DNA of 64,000 nucleotides from Candidatus Rokuibacteriota bacterium (GTDB lineage: Bacteria; Methylomirabilota; Methylomirabilia; Rokubacteriales; CSP1-6): positions 14,843 through 78,842 of the forward strand of contig QHSA01000133.1 in the NCBI GenBank assembly GCA_003220315.1, written 5' to 3'. Positions 1 through 9,344 of the stretch are shown here, one piece after another; position 1 is the stretch's first letter; each line of letters opens with the position of its first letter. The notes beneath the pieces are model-generated. The model was not told the origin of the DNA, searched no databases, and saw only the letters and a program-made list of their open reading frames with translations. The position numbers were made by a program, and so were the translations under genes.

Positions 1-784
1 GTTGGAGGAAGACCGCCCCGAGCGACTCCGCGACCGAGACGAGCAGCCCCCCGACGAACGCGCCGAGGAGGCTCCCCATCCCGCCGATGATCACGATGTT
101 GAACGAGGCCACCGAGAGCGAGAGCCCGGTCGCCGGCTCCCAGGGCAGGATCGGTGCGACCAGCGCCCCCGCCGCCCCCACGCACGCCGCGCCGACACCG
201 AACGCGACCGCGTACACCCGTCGCACATCGGTGCCGATCACGAGGGCGCCGAAGGTGTTGTCCGCCGTGGCGCGCATCAGCCGACCGAGCTCGGTCCGGA
301 ACAGAAAGAGCCAGAGCGCCGCCGTCAGGGCGAGCGCGACGCCGAAGGCGATGAGGCGCGCGACGTCCACGAACACCGGGCCGAGCCAGATCGTCGCCGC
401 CGCGAGCGTCGAGCGGGCGCGCGTGGGCTCGGGGCCGAACGCGAGCAGCGCCGTGTTCTCGAGGATCAGCGCGACGCCGAGCATCAGGAGGATCTGCATC
501 TCGTGCGGCGCGTCGAGGACGCGGTCGACGAGCCCCCGCTGGACGACGAGTCCGAGGACGAAGAGCGCCGCGGCGGCGGCGCCGAACGCCACGTAGGGGT
601 CCACGCCGGCCCGCGACGCGAGGAGGAACGTGACGTACATTCCCCACACCATCATGTCGCCGTGGGCGAAGTTCACGACGCGCATGACGCCGAAGATGAG
701 CGTGAGGCCGACGGCCATGAGGCTGTAGACACCACCGAACAGGAGCCCGCTGACCAGGGACTGGAGGACCAGCGTGAGGTCCAG
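1..784 (-). CDS. livH: Branched-chain amino acid ABC transporter permease (LivH family), 3' end truncated by window edge
   Basis: Reverse translation gives LDLTLVLQSLVSGLLFGGVYSLMAVGLTLIFGVMRVVNFAHGDMMVWG..., the typical LivH N-terminus and TM helices. Lies immediately downstream of the SBP gene stop (TAG 786-788). No in-frame ATG/GTG/TTG near the homologous N-terminus; the only candidate start is CTG at 784. Confidence 0.75.
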   Translation of the reverse strand, partial: MDLTLVLQSLVSGLLFGGVYSLMAVGLTLIFGVMRVVNFAHGDMMVWGMYVTFLLASRAGVDPYVAFGAAAAALFVLGLVVQRGLVDRVLDAPHEMQILLMLGVALILENTALLAFGPEPTRARSTLAAATIWLGPVFVDVARLIAFGVALALTAALWLFLFRTELGRLMRATADNTFGALVIGTDVRRVYAVAFGVGAACVGAAGALVAPILPWEPATGLSLSVASFNIVIIGGMGSLLGAFVGGLLVSVAESLGAVFLQ

Positions 785-785
785 G

Positions 786-2072
786 CTAGACCTTGGGCCG
801 CGGGAACACGAACTTCTGCACCGCGGCGTCTCTGGGCCACACGACGACCGGCTTCTGGCCGAGGATCTGGATCATCGCCGTCGAGGCGTTCGGGTTGTCG
901 CCGATCTCGTTGAACACGACGGGACCCGCCGCCACGGCGAGGATGTCCTTGACGTTGGTCTTCTTCATCGCCTCCACGATGGCCTCCGGACCGTCGGGGT
1001 CCGCGAGCGCCTCCCGCCCGGCGCGCTCCAGGACGTCGGCGATGGTCAGCATCCCGTCGTACGACGCGACGGAGTTCGTGTCGAAGGTCTTTCCGCCCGA
1101 TCGCTTGCGGTACTCCTCCGCGACCGCCTGCGTGCGCGCCTTCTTGAAGTTGGGCCACGACGGCACGTTGTCCATCACGTACTCCAGATCGTCCTTGAGC
1201 GCCGCGAGTTGGCCCGCCTCGTAGAGACCGGGACTGCCGGGGCCGACGATGCCCATGACCTCGACACGCTGCTTCCGGATCTCGGGCAGCAGGAGCTGCG
1301 CGCTCGCCGGGCGCGTGATCGGCGCGATGACGTCGGGCTTCGCCGCCTTCGCCCGCGAGACCTCCGTGGAGAGGTCCGAGGGCGGCTCCGACCAGGGGAT
1401 GACCTCGACGATTTCCCACGACGGGCTCGCCGCTTTGTGGGCCGCGATGAACCCCTTCGACTGGTTCTGGCCGAAGAGGTCGTTCGTGTACATGAGCACG
1501 ACCCGCCTCGGCGCGACGCGGGCCGCCGCAAAGATCTCGTTGAAGTACCGGACCGCGAGGCGGCCGAAGCTCGAGCCGGTCGGGAAGTTCCGGTAGACGT
1601 ACTGGACCTTCTGCTGCCCGTCCTTCACCGCCTTCGCGACGTTCGCCGTGATCGGGTCGGCCGCCGCGATGTCCACGAGGAACGGCACGCGCTTCTGCTG
1701 GGCGACCGACACCATGGCCGCCGTCGAGCCGGAATCGAACGATCCCATGAGCATCCGCGCGCCCTGGTTGACGACGCGCTCCGCCTCGAGGCGCCCGAGA
1801 TCGGGCTTCGTCTGCGTGTCGCCCAGCAGCAGCTCCAGCTTCATCCCGCCGAGCGACTTGATGCCGCCCGCCGCGTTGATCGCGTCCGCGGCCATCTGAG
1901 CGCCGAGGCGGCACGCCTGGCCCGGCTCGGCGAGCGGGCCCGTCACGGGATGGATGACGCCAAGCTTGAAGGTCGCCGGCTGGGCGCGCAGCGCGCGCGG
2001 CGCGAAGCCGAGCGCCGCGCCCGTCGCGGTGGTGTTGAGGAACATCCGACGGCTGAGTCGGGTCAGTGCCAT
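786..2072 (-). CDS. Branched-chain amino acid ABC transporter substrate-binding protein (LivJ/LivK family) with Tat/Sec-type signal
   Basis: 428-aa ORF; N-terminal RRMFLNTTATGAALGF twin-arginine-like signal; periplasmic binding protein type-I fold motifs; same-strand neighbour of the permease. Confidence 0.9.
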   Translation of the reverse strand: MALTRLSRRMFLNTTATGAALGFAPRALRAQPATFKLGVIHPVTGPLAEPGQACRLGAQMAADAINAAGGIKSLGGMKLELLLGDTQTKPDLGRLEAERVVNQGARMLMGSFDSGSTAAMVSVAQQKRVPFLVDIAAADPITANVAKAVKDGQQKVQYVYRNFPTGSSFGRLAVRYFNEIFAAARVAPRRVVLMYTNDLFGQNQSKGFIAAHKAASPSWEIVEVIPWSEPPSDLSTEVSRAKAAKPDVIAPITRPASAQLLLPEIRKQRVEVMGIVGPGSPGLYEAGQLAALKDDLEYVMDNVPSWPNFKKARTQAVAEEYRKRSGGKTFDTNSVASYDGMLTIADVLERAGREALADPDGPEAIVEAMKKTNVKDILAVAAGPVVFNEIGDNPNASTAMIQILGQKPVVVWPRDAAVQKFVFPRPKV

Positions 2073-2147
2073 GCACTCCTCCCCCAGTGGTGTCGGTGGA
2101 TTATAGCCCCCTCGGCGGTCGAGTCGGATTCCGCGGGCGGACGTCGC

Positions 2148-3296
2148 TCAGTCGTCGAGCAGCTCCTTGGCGATGATCAGCCGCTGGATCTGGTTCGTCC
2201 CCTCGTAGATCTGCATGATCTTCGCGTCCCGCATGAAGCGCTCGACGGGGTACTCGCGTGTGTAGCCGTAGCCCCCGAAGACCTGGATGGCGTCGGTCGC
2301 GACCTTCATCGCGGCGTCGCCGGCCCAGCACTTCGCCATCGACGCCTCGTACGTGTTGCCTCGGATCCCCGCGTCCACCTGACGGGCGGCGTGGTGGACC
2401 ATGAGGCGCGCGGCGTGGACCTGCATCGCCATGTCGGCGAGCATGAACTGGATACCCTGAAAGGCTGCGACCGCCCGCCCGAACTGGTGTCGCTCCCGGG
2501 CGTACGCCACCGCGGCGTCGAGCGCCGCCTGCGCGATGCCGACGGCCATCGCGCCGGTCGCCGGGCGCGTGACGTCGAGGGTCTCCATGGCGATCGTGAA
2601 TCCCTCGCCCTCCTCGCCGAGGCGGTTCGCGACCGGTACGGCGCAGTCGGTGAAGTGGAGCGCCACGGTGGGCGAGGCTCGGATGCCCATCTTCTTCTCC
2701 TTCTTACCCACGGCGAAGCCGGGCATGCCTCGCTCGACGAGGAACGCGGTGACGCCCTTCGCGCGCAGCTTCGGGTCGATCGTGGCGAAGACGACGATGA
2801 CGTCGGCGTGGTCGCCGTTGGTGCACCACTGCTTGGAGCCGTTCAGGACGTAGCGGTCACCCCTCCGCACCGCGGTCGTCCGGAGGCCCGCCGCGTCCGA
2901 GCCGGCGCCGGGCTCCGAGAGCGAGTACGCGGCGAGGAGCTCGCCCGTCGCCAGGCGCGGCAGGTACTTCGTCTTCTGCGCTTCGGTGCCGAAGCGGAGG
3001 ATCGGGAGCCCGCCGAGCGGCTGGTCGAGGTACTGGGTCGCCGTCGCCGCGCACGCCCACGCGATCTCCTCGCACACGAGCGCGAGCGCGAGGCACCCCG
3101 CATCGGTCCCGCCGTACCGCTCGGGCACCCAGATCCCGTAGAGCCCCGCGTCGATGAGCGCTCGGATCGAGTCCTCGGGGTACTCCTCGGCGTCGTCGTA
3201 CCGGGCCGCGTGCGGCGCCACGCGCTCACGCGCGATCGTGCGCGCGAGGTCACGGATCAGCCGCTGGTCCTCGGTCAGGTAGAAGGCGTCGTTCAC
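2148..3296 (-). CDS. Acyl-CoA dehydrogenase
   Basis: ACAD motifs ([23 protein letters not shown], [12 protein letters not shown]). Start set at GTG 3296 ([11 protein letters not shown]) preceded by GAGGGGGA; the upstream ORF-track extension is spurious. Confidence 0.9.
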   Translation of the reverse strand: MNDAFYLTEDQRLIRDLARTIARERVAPHAARYDDAEEYPEDSIRALIDAGLYGIWVPERYGGTDAGCLALALVCEEIAWACAATATQYLDQPLGGLPILRFGTEAQKTKYLPRLATGELLAAYSLSEPGAGSDAAGLRTTAVRRGDRYVLNGSKQWCTNGDHADVIVVFATIDPKLRAKGVTAFLVERGMPGFAVGKKEKKMGIRASPTVALHFTDCAVPVANRLGEEGEGFTIAMETLDVTRPATGAMAVGIAQAALDAAVAYARERHQFGRAVAAFQGIQFMLADMAMQVHAARLMVHHAARQVDAGIRGNTYEASMAKCWAGDAAMKVATDAIQVFGGYGYTREYPVERFMRDAKIMQIYEGTNQIQRLIIAKELLDD

Positions 3297-3307
3297 GGGC
3301 GTCCCCC

Positions 3308-4483
3308 TCAGATGATCCGCTGGCGCCGGAGATCGACGAGCCGCTCCGGCGGGTACCCGAGCGTCTCGCCGTAGATCTTGTCGTTGTGCTCGCCGAGACG
3401 CGGCGGGAAAGTGAGCGACGGCGGGTCGCCGACCGGAGGCGCGGGCAGCGCGACGGTGAGGCCGGTGCGCGGGTCCCGGACGTGGACGAGCCGAGGAGCC
3501 ACCAGCGGGTCGGCGACCACATCGGCCAGCGTGTTGACCCGCGAGATCGGGACCCCCGCCTCGCGCAGGAGGGCCTGCGCCTCGGCGGTCGGGAGCCGCG
3601 CGACGCGCTCGCCCAGCTCCCGATGGAGCCGCCCCACATCGGCGATGCGCCCGGCGTTCGCGGCCCACTCGGGCCGGTCGAGCCCGGCGAACGCGCGGAG
3701 CTTCGCCAGCGCGGCCCACTGCGCGTCGTTGCCGACGGCGACGTACACGTAACCGTCGCGGGTCTGAAAGACCGCCACGGGGGCAAAGAATGGATGGATG
3801 GTCCCCGTCCGTGTGATCCGCTCGCCCAGGCTCGCCGACAGGAGGACCGGTGAGACCATCCAGGAGACCGCGCTTCGCAGCATCGAGACGTCGAGCCGCG
3901 CCCCCGTCCCCGTCACGGCCCGGTGGTAGAGCGCCCGCATGATCGCGCCATAGCCGTGCTCCGCGGCGCCGAGGTCCACCATCGGCAGCCCGAACACCAT
4001 GGGCGGGCCGTCGGGCGCGCCGGTGAGCTCCATGAACCCCGCGCGGGCCTGGAGGATCGGGTCGTACGCGGCCTCGTCGTGGTCGGGCCCGAAGCCGGTG
4101 ACGCCGAGCCAGATCAGGTCGGGCTTGACGGCCCGGAGCGTGGCGTCGTCGATGCCGAGCTTCGCGTAGCTCCGCGGGCGCTGGTTGGTGGCGAAGACGT
4201 CCACCCGGAGCGCGCGGACGAGCTCACGGAGGATCCGGCGCCCCTCGGCCTCGCCGAGGTTCAGGGTAACCGCTTCCTTGCCACAATTGTTCGGCAGGAA
4301 ATAGCTCCGCATGTCGGCCTCGCCCAGCACGTCACGGCCGACGAATCGGTTCGGGTCCGGGCGCCCGGCGTTCTCGACGCGGATCACGCGCGCGCCGTCG
4401 CATGCGAGCCGATAGGTGAGGAACGGCAGGACCGTCGCCTGCTCGAGCGAGAGGACCGTGACGCCCTCGAGGGCTCGCGTCAC
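3308..4483 (-). CDS. CoA-transferase family III (CaiB/BaiF-like)
   Basis: [17 protein letters not shown]...[11 protein letters not shown]-terminus typical of family III CoA transferases. GTG start 4483 overlaps the TGA of the upstream ligase gene (GTGA). Confidence 0.9.
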   Translation of the reverse strand: MTRALEGVTVLSLEQATVLPFLTYRLACDGARVIRVENAGRPDPNRFVGRDVLGEADMRSYFLPNNCGKEAVTLNLGEAEGRRILRELVRALRVDVFATNQRPRSYAKLGIDDATLRAVKPDLIWLGVTGFGPDHDEAAYDPILQARAGFMELTGAPDGPPMVFGLPMVDLGAAEHGYGAIMRALYHRAVTGTGARLDVSMLRSAVSWMVSPVLLSASLGERITRTGTIHPFFAPVAVFQTRDGYVYVAVGNDAQWAALAKLRAFAGLDRPEWAANAGRIADVGRLHRELGERVARLPTAEAQALLREAGVPISRVNTLADVVADPLVAPRLVHVRDPRTGLTVALPAPPVGDPPSLTFPPRLGEHNDKIYGETLGYPPERLVDLRRQRII

Positions 4484-5751
4484 CGGACGGTGCGGCGGTC
4501 CACGACCCGGACCGCCTTGCCCTGAGATCGCTCGAGCTCGCCGAGCCTCGCGAAGCGGACCTCCGGGGAGAGCGCCAGGAGGTCGGAGAGCTCGCGGCGA
4601 ATCCGCGCGCCCACGGCGGGATCGCAGCCGGCCTCGGCCTCGACGTGGATCGTCAGGCGCTCGCCCCCGCCCTCGCCCTCGAGGACGATCTGGTACTCGT
4701 GGCTCAGGTTGGGCTGGCGCAGGAGGACGGTCTCCACCTGGCGCGGGTAGAAGTTCACGCCCTTGAAGATCACCATGTCGTCGGTCCGGCCGCGCAGCCG
4801 GTCGAGCCGGAGCGCCGTCCGGCCGCAGTCGCACCTCGCGCGCGAGAGCACGCGCGTGAGGTCGTGGGTGCGGTAGCGGACGAGCGGCAGCCCGACGCGC
4901 GTCAGCGTCGAGACGACCAGCTCACCCTCGGTGCCGTCCGGCACGACGGCGCCGGTCGCCGGGTCCACGATCTCGGGATGGTAGTGGTCCTCCCAGACGT
5001 GGATCCCCGCACGCGCCCCGCAATCGATCCCCATGCCGGGTCCGCCGGTCTCGGTCATGCCGATGATGTCGAAGCTCTGGATCGCGAGCTCCCGCTCGAT
5101 GCGCAGGCGCAGCTCGTCGGACCACGTCTCCGAGCCGAAGATCCCGACGCGGAGCGAGAGCGAGGCGAGGTCGAACTGCTCCTCGCGCGCCACCTCGACG
5201 AGCCGCAGCGGGTAGGTCGCGATCGCGGTCACGACGGTGGCCTTGAGGTCCCGCATGAGCCGCAACTGGAGGGAGGTGCGCCCCGCGCCCGTGGGAATCA
5301 CCATCGCGCCGAGGCGCTCGGCCCCGTAGTGGAAGCCGAAGCCGCCCGTGAAGAGGCCGAACGACGGCGTGATCTGGATGACGTCGCTCCGGCCGACGCT
5401 CGCCGCGACGTAGCAGCGCGCCATGACCTCGCCCCACTGCGCCACGTCCTCGGCGGTGTACGGGTTGAGGATCGGGTTCCCCGTCGTGCCGCTCGACATG
5501 TGGACCCGGCGGTAGGCCTGCTCCCGCCCGCACGCGAGGGCGAAGGGGTAGGCGTCGCGCAGCTCGGCCTTCGTGAGGAACGGCAGCCGGCGCCAGTCCT
5601 CGAGCCGCCGGAGGTCTTCCGGCCGCGCGCCGCCGAGCCGGCGTGCGTGCGCTGGGTGATCGCTGAGGCGAGCGAGCGTGGCGCGCATCCGCTCGAGGAC
5701 CAGGCGCTCGAGCCGCTCGCGGTCGAGAGCTTCGAGCTCGGGCTGGAACAT
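4480..5751 (-). CDS. paaK: Phenylacetate-CoA ligase-like adenylate-forming enzyme (PaaK / F390 synthetase family)
   Basis: MFQPELEALDRERLERL... SSGTTGNP AMP-binding motif and C-terminal PaaK-type domain. Start chosen at the ATG giving the homologous N-terminus. Confidence 0.85.
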   Translation of the reverse strand: MFQPELEALDRERLERLVLERMRATLARLSDHPAHARRLGGARPEDLRRLEDWRRLPFLTKAELRDAYPFALACGREQAYRRVHMSSGTTGNPILNPYTAEDVAQWGEVMARCYVAASVGRSDVIQITPSFGLFTGGFGFHYGAERLGAMVIPTGAGRTSLQLRLMRDLKATVVTAIATYPLRLVEVAREEQFDLASLSLRVGIFGSETWSDELRLRIERELAIQSFDIIGMTETGGPGMGIDCGARAGIHVWEDHYHPEIVDPATGAVVPDGTEGELVVSTLTRVGLPLVRYRTHDLTRVLSRARCDCGRTALRLDRLRGRTDDMVIFKGVNFYPRQVETVLLRQPNLSHEYQIVLEGEGGGERLTIHVEAEAGCDPAVGARIRRELSDLLALSPEVRFARLGELERSQGKAVRVVDRRTVR

Positions 5752-5773
5752 CCGCTCGCGGGCGACCGCCTGT

Positions 5774-6499
5774 CTACGCGGGCGTGAGGTTGCGGAGCCC
5801 GCCGAGCTTCCGGAGACCCAGCGCATAGGGAAGGGCCCGGAGCACGACGCCCAGCGTCTCGCGCTGGCGCGCGAGCCAGGTGACCTCGGGACGGGGCGGG
5901 AGCGGCGCCGCGAGCGCGGCGAGGTCGAGGTACCAGGTGCGAGCCCGACCCACGCCCTCGAGCTCCTCCTCGAGCGGCCGGGCGCCCGTGCGCAGACGTT
6001 CGTCCGCGCGCTCCCACAGCGGCTCGGACATCAGGAGGTACTCGCGAACCGGGACGGAGTTCTTCAGCATCCGATGGACGAAGATGACGTCGAAGCCCGC
6101 GAGCCTCGTGAGCCGCTTGACCCGCTGGGGCGCCACGTCGCCCAGGTGGGCGACGAACTTGACCTTGAGGTTCCCGACCTGGGCGCACCCCTGGCACGGG
6201 CAGTTGTTGAGGCAGGCGATTTTCTGCTGGAGCGCGTGAAAGGCGCCGTGCATGGCCACCGACTGGCCAAGCGCCGACTCCACCAGCTCCGGGCCCGTGC
6301 CGCCCGGCAACGGGCGGTACATGAACGCGGCGTCCCCCTCCACCTCCACGAGATCGAGGGCCGAGGTGGCGTCGATCATCGCCTCGAGCAGTCGGGCCAC
6401 GACATCCTGGGCGTGCGCCAGGTCCGTCCGGTGGAACTCCATGAAGCGGGTATAACCCGCGATGTCGGCGATGAGGAGGAGCCCGCGCTGGACCGCCAT
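5774..6499 (-). CDS. DUF2652-family protein (nucleotidyl-cyclase-like fold)
   Basis: 241 aa; LLIADIAGYTRFM motif resembling the class III cyclase core; CxxC motifs; recalled as DUF2652, moderate certainty. Confidence 0.6.
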   Translation of the reverse strand: MAVQRGLLLIADIAGYTRFMEFHRTDLAHAQDVVARLLEAMIDATSALDLVEVEGDAAFMYRPLPGGTGPELVESALGQSVAMHGAFHALQQKIACLNNCPCQGCAQVGNLKVKFVAHLGDVAPQRVKRLTRLAGFDVIFVHRMLKNSVPVREYLLMSEPLWERADERLRTGARPLEEELEGVGRARTWYLDLAALAAPLPPRPEVTWLARQRETLGVVLRALPYALGLRKLGGLRNLTPA

Positions 6500-6511
6500 G
6501 CCGCCTCCATC

Positions 6512-7267
6512 CTACACCCCGAGCCCCCCTCGACGGGCGCCGGCGTGCGCCGCCAACCCGAGGTAGGCGGCACGGACGCGCGGGTCCTCACCGAGCTCCT
6601 GGCTCGTCCCCGCGACGACGACGCGACCCGTCTCGAGCACGTAGCCGCGGCTCGCGAGCCGGAGCGCCCGGCGCGCGTTCTGCTCGACGAGCAGGACGGC
6701 CACGCCCGTCGCGTTGATCCGCTGGATGGTTCGGAAGATCTCGCGCGAGAGCATCGGCGCCAGGCCGAGCGAGGGCTCGTCGAGCAGGAGCAGGCGCGGC
6801 CGGGCCACGAGCGCCCGGGCGATCGCGAGCATCTGCTGCTCGCCGCCGGAGAGCGTGCCCGCGAGCTGGCGCCGCCGCTCGCGCAACACGGGGAAGAGCT
6901 CGAACGCGTCCTCGAGTCGCGCCGCCAGGTCGCGCCGGGGAACCGTATGGCCACCGACGAGCAGATTCTCGAGCACGGTGAACTCGACGAAGACGTCGCG
7001 CCCCTCCGGCACGTGCCCGACACCGGCCGCGACGATCCGGTCCGCGGGCTCACGCGTGATGTCGCGCCCCTCGTAGAGCACGCGGCCTTGCGCGGGCCTC
7101 ACCAGTCCCGAAATCGTTCTCAGCGTCGTGGACTTGCCACTGCCGTTCGCCCCGAGGAGCGCGACGATCTCGCCGCGGCCCACCGTGAGCGAGACGCCCT
7201 CCACCGCGCGGCGCTTGCCGTAGGACACCGCGAGGTCCTCGACCGCGAGCGTCGCCGGCATCCTCAT
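6512..7267 (-). CDS. livF: Branched-chain amino acid ABC transporter ATP-binding protein LivF
   Basis: Walker A GANGSGKST, signature LSGGEQQML, Walker B LLLLDEPS. Start ATG 7267 (MRMPATLAVEDL) preceded by GAGGCGAGCC and overlapped by the TGA of the R2 mini-ORF. Confidence 0.9.
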   Translation of the reverse strand: MRMPATLAVEDLAVSYGKRRAVEGVSLTVGRGEIVALLGANGSGKSTTLRTISGLVRPAQGRVLYEGRDITREPADRIVAAGVGHVPEGRDVFVEFTVLENLLVGGHTVPRRDLAARLEDAFELFPVLRERRRQLAGTLSGGEQQMLAIARALVARPRLLLLDEPSLGLAPMLSREIFRTIQRINATGVAVLLVEQNARRALRLASRGYVLETGRVVVAGTSQELGEDPRVRAAYLGLAAHAGARRGGLGV

Positions 7268-7391
7268 AGGCTCGCCTCGCACGGCGGGGCCGATTTGTAT
7301 CGCTCGCCTCGGGCCTGGGGGCCCCAGCCCCCGGTCGGCCCTGCGGCTCGCCCTGCGGCCCCGCGACGTGCTGCGGCTCGCACTGCCATCC
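7264..7391 (-). repeat. R2-family intergenic element forming a 41-codon mini-ORF between livG and livF
   Basis: ATG 7389 lies 2 nt after the livG stop (TGA 7392-7394). The mini-ORF MAVRAAARRG...PPCEASL ends with TGA 7264-7266 overlapping the livF ATG (ATGA). Shares CTGCGGCTCGCACTGCCATC and GGCGAGGCGAG blocks with 14117-14228 and 23602-23868. Confidence 0.7.
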
Positions 7392-8153
7392 TCAGTCGTC
7401 CTCGCGGCCCAGATAGGCCTCGACCACCGCCGGCTCGACGGCGATCGCGCGCGGCTGGCCCTCGGCGATCTTCCGCCCGTAGTTCAGCACGGCCACGCGG
7501 TCGGAGACGCCCATCACGAGCTCCATGTCGTGCTCGACGAGCAGGATCGTGAGCCCCCGCTCGTCCCGCAGCCGCACGATCAACCCCATGAGCGCCTGGG
7601 TCTCGGTGGGATTGAGGCCGCCGGCGGGCTCGTCGAGCAGCAGGAGCCTGGGCTCCGCGGCGAGCGCGCGCGCGAGCTCGAGGCGCTTCTGGAGCCCGAG
7701 CGGCAGGCTGCGCGCCTCGACGCCGGCCTGGCCCTCGAGCCCCAGGCGCGCCAGGAGCGCGCGCGCGGTCGCGCGCGCCGCGCCCTCCTCCCGAAGGACC
7801 GCGGGGAGCCCGAGCGCGCCGCGGAGCGCGCCCGCGCGGAGGTGGGCGTGGCAGCCGATCAGCACGTTGTCGAGCACGGTGAGCTGGCGAAAGACCTCGG
7901 TGTTCTGGAAGGTGCGCGCGATCCCGCACCGCGCGATCGCGTGCGGTCCCATGGCCAGGAGGTCACGGCCGAGGAAGGTGACGCGACCGGACGCGGGGCG
8001 TTCGAGGCCGGTCACGATGTTGAAGACCGTCGACTTCCCCGCCCCGTTGGGGCCGATCAGCGCCACGATCTCCCGCGCGGCGACCTCGACGGAGAAGCCA
8101 CTCAGCGCGGCGAGGCCGCCGAAGCTGATCGAGAGGTCCTCGACGCGGAGCAC
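7392..8153 (-). CDS. livG: Branched-chain amino acid ABC transporter ATP-binding protein LivG
   Basis: Walker A GPNGAGKST, LSLGLQKRLELARAL signature region, Walker B LLLLDEPAGG. Confidence 0.9.
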   Translation of the reverse strand: MLRVEDLSISFGGLAALSGFSVEVAAREIVALIGPNGAGKSTVFNIVTGLERPASGRVTFLGRDLLAMGPHAIARCGIARTFQNTEVFRQLTVLDNVLIGCHAHLRAGALRGALGLPAVLREEGAARATARALLARLGLEGQAGVEARSLPLGLQKRLELARALAAEPRLLLLDEPAGGLNPTETQALMGLIVRLRDERGLTILLVEHDMELVMGVSDRVAVLNYGRKIAEGQPRAIAVEPAVVEAYLGREDD

Positions 8154-8159
8154 CGCGCG

Positions 8160-9323
8160 CTACTCGGCCCTGAGCCAGTCGGTGAGCTGCTTGAAGCGGC
8201 CCCGCTCCACGCGCACCCAGAACCCCTGCCGCTGGGTCTCGTGGTCCGGGCCGATCGTGACCGGCGGCAGGATGCCGCTCTCGAATCCACGGATCCCCTC
8301 GAGCGCGACGACGAGTCCCTCGCGCGTGAGGCGGCGGCCCGCGCGCGTGGCGCCCTCCGTGAAGAGCATCGCCGCGAAGTAGCCCGAGAGGGAGTAGCGG
8401 TTGGGCTCGTTCTTCGGGAGGTACGTCTTTAAGTCATCGCGATATCGCTTGACGCCCGGCCGGTCCGAGGTCAGCGGGTCGGGCCAGAGCGACAGTCCCT
8501 CGACGCCCTCCGACGCGTCTCCCGCGAGCGCGAGGTAACGCTCGTCGGTGAGCGGGCCGGAGGAGACCATGACGACCTCGCTCCAGCCGATCTTCTGGCG
8601 CTCGCGGAGCGCCTGGGCGCCCGGGCCGGGCGTGAGGACGAGGAAGAGCACGTCGGGCCTGGCCGCCTGAAGCTTGGCCATCTGGGCGCTCACGTCGGTG
8701 ACGCCGCGCTTGACCGACTCCGTCGCCACCAGCTTGAGCCCGTGGCGCCCGAGGTCTTTCTCGAGGGCGGTGAGGAACGACTTGCCGTACTCGTCGTCCT
8801 GGTAGAGCGTCGCGAACTTCCCGAACTTCCGCGCGCCCACGAGGTAGTCGATCATCATGCGCGACTGCCGGTCGTAGAGCGTCATCCCGCTGAAGACCCA
8901 CTTCCGCCCGCGCGTGATCGGCGAGCCCTGGAACGGGAAGAGCAGCGGGACACGGTTCTCCTCGAGGTACTCGAGCGTCGCCACCACCGGCGGCGTGCCC
9001 TGCGGGGCGATGATCGCGAAGACTCCATCCTGCTCGAGGAGCTTCCGCGTGTTGGCGACCGCCTCCTGCGGCTTGTAGCCGTCGTCGTAGTACACCGTCC
9101 GCACCTTCCGGCCGTGGATGCCCCCGCCGTCGTTGACGGCCTTGAAGTAGAGGTCCACCCCGAACCTCGTCGCCTGCTCGCCCGTGAAGGCGAGCGGGCC
9201 CGAGAACGAGTTCGAGCCGCCGAGCAGGATCTCGGCGTCGGTCACGCCCTGCTGCGCCCGGGCGGGCAGCGGAGTGGCGCCCGTGGTGAGGCCCGCGATG
9301 ACGAGGGCCAGGAGGACTCGCAT
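8160..9323 (-). CDS. Branched-chain amino acid ABC transporter substrate-binding protein (paralog 1)
   Basis: 387 aa, signal peptide MRVLLALVIAGLTTGATPLPARA; about 75% identical to the next gene upstream. Confidence 0.9.
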   Translation of the reverse strand: MRVLLALVIAGLTTGATPLPARAQQGVTDAEILLGGSNSFSGPLAFTGEQATRFGVDLYFKAVNDGGGIHGRKVRTVYYDDGYKPQEAVANTRKLLEQDGVFAIIAPQGTPPVVATLEYLEENRVPLLFPFQGSPITRGRKWVFSGMTLYDRQSRMMIDYLVGARKFGKFATLYQDDEYGKSFLTALEKDLGRHGLKLVATESVKRGVTDVSAQMAKLQAARPDVLFLVLTPGPGAQALRERQKIGWSEVVMVSSGPLTDERYLALAGDASEGVEGLSLWPDPLTSDRPGVKRYRDDLKTYLPKNEPNRYSLSGYFAAMLFTEGATRAGRRLTREGLVVALEGIRGFESGILPPVTIGPDHETQRQGFWVRVERGRFKQLTDWLRAE

Positions 9324-9344
9324 ACGTCGTCTCCTTCTCGTCGG

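Noticed and set aside
774-3374. 866-aa plus-strand ORF, and similar very long ORFs (8434-10494 minus, 16131-18506 plus, 49582-52563 minus, 29394-32333 plus, 35771-36814 minus)
   Set aside because: They lie antisense to or out of frame with genes that have clear family motifs. Arg/Gly/Pro/Asp-rich low-complexity translations are typical of stop-codon-poor 70% GC DNA, and none shows recognisable domains.
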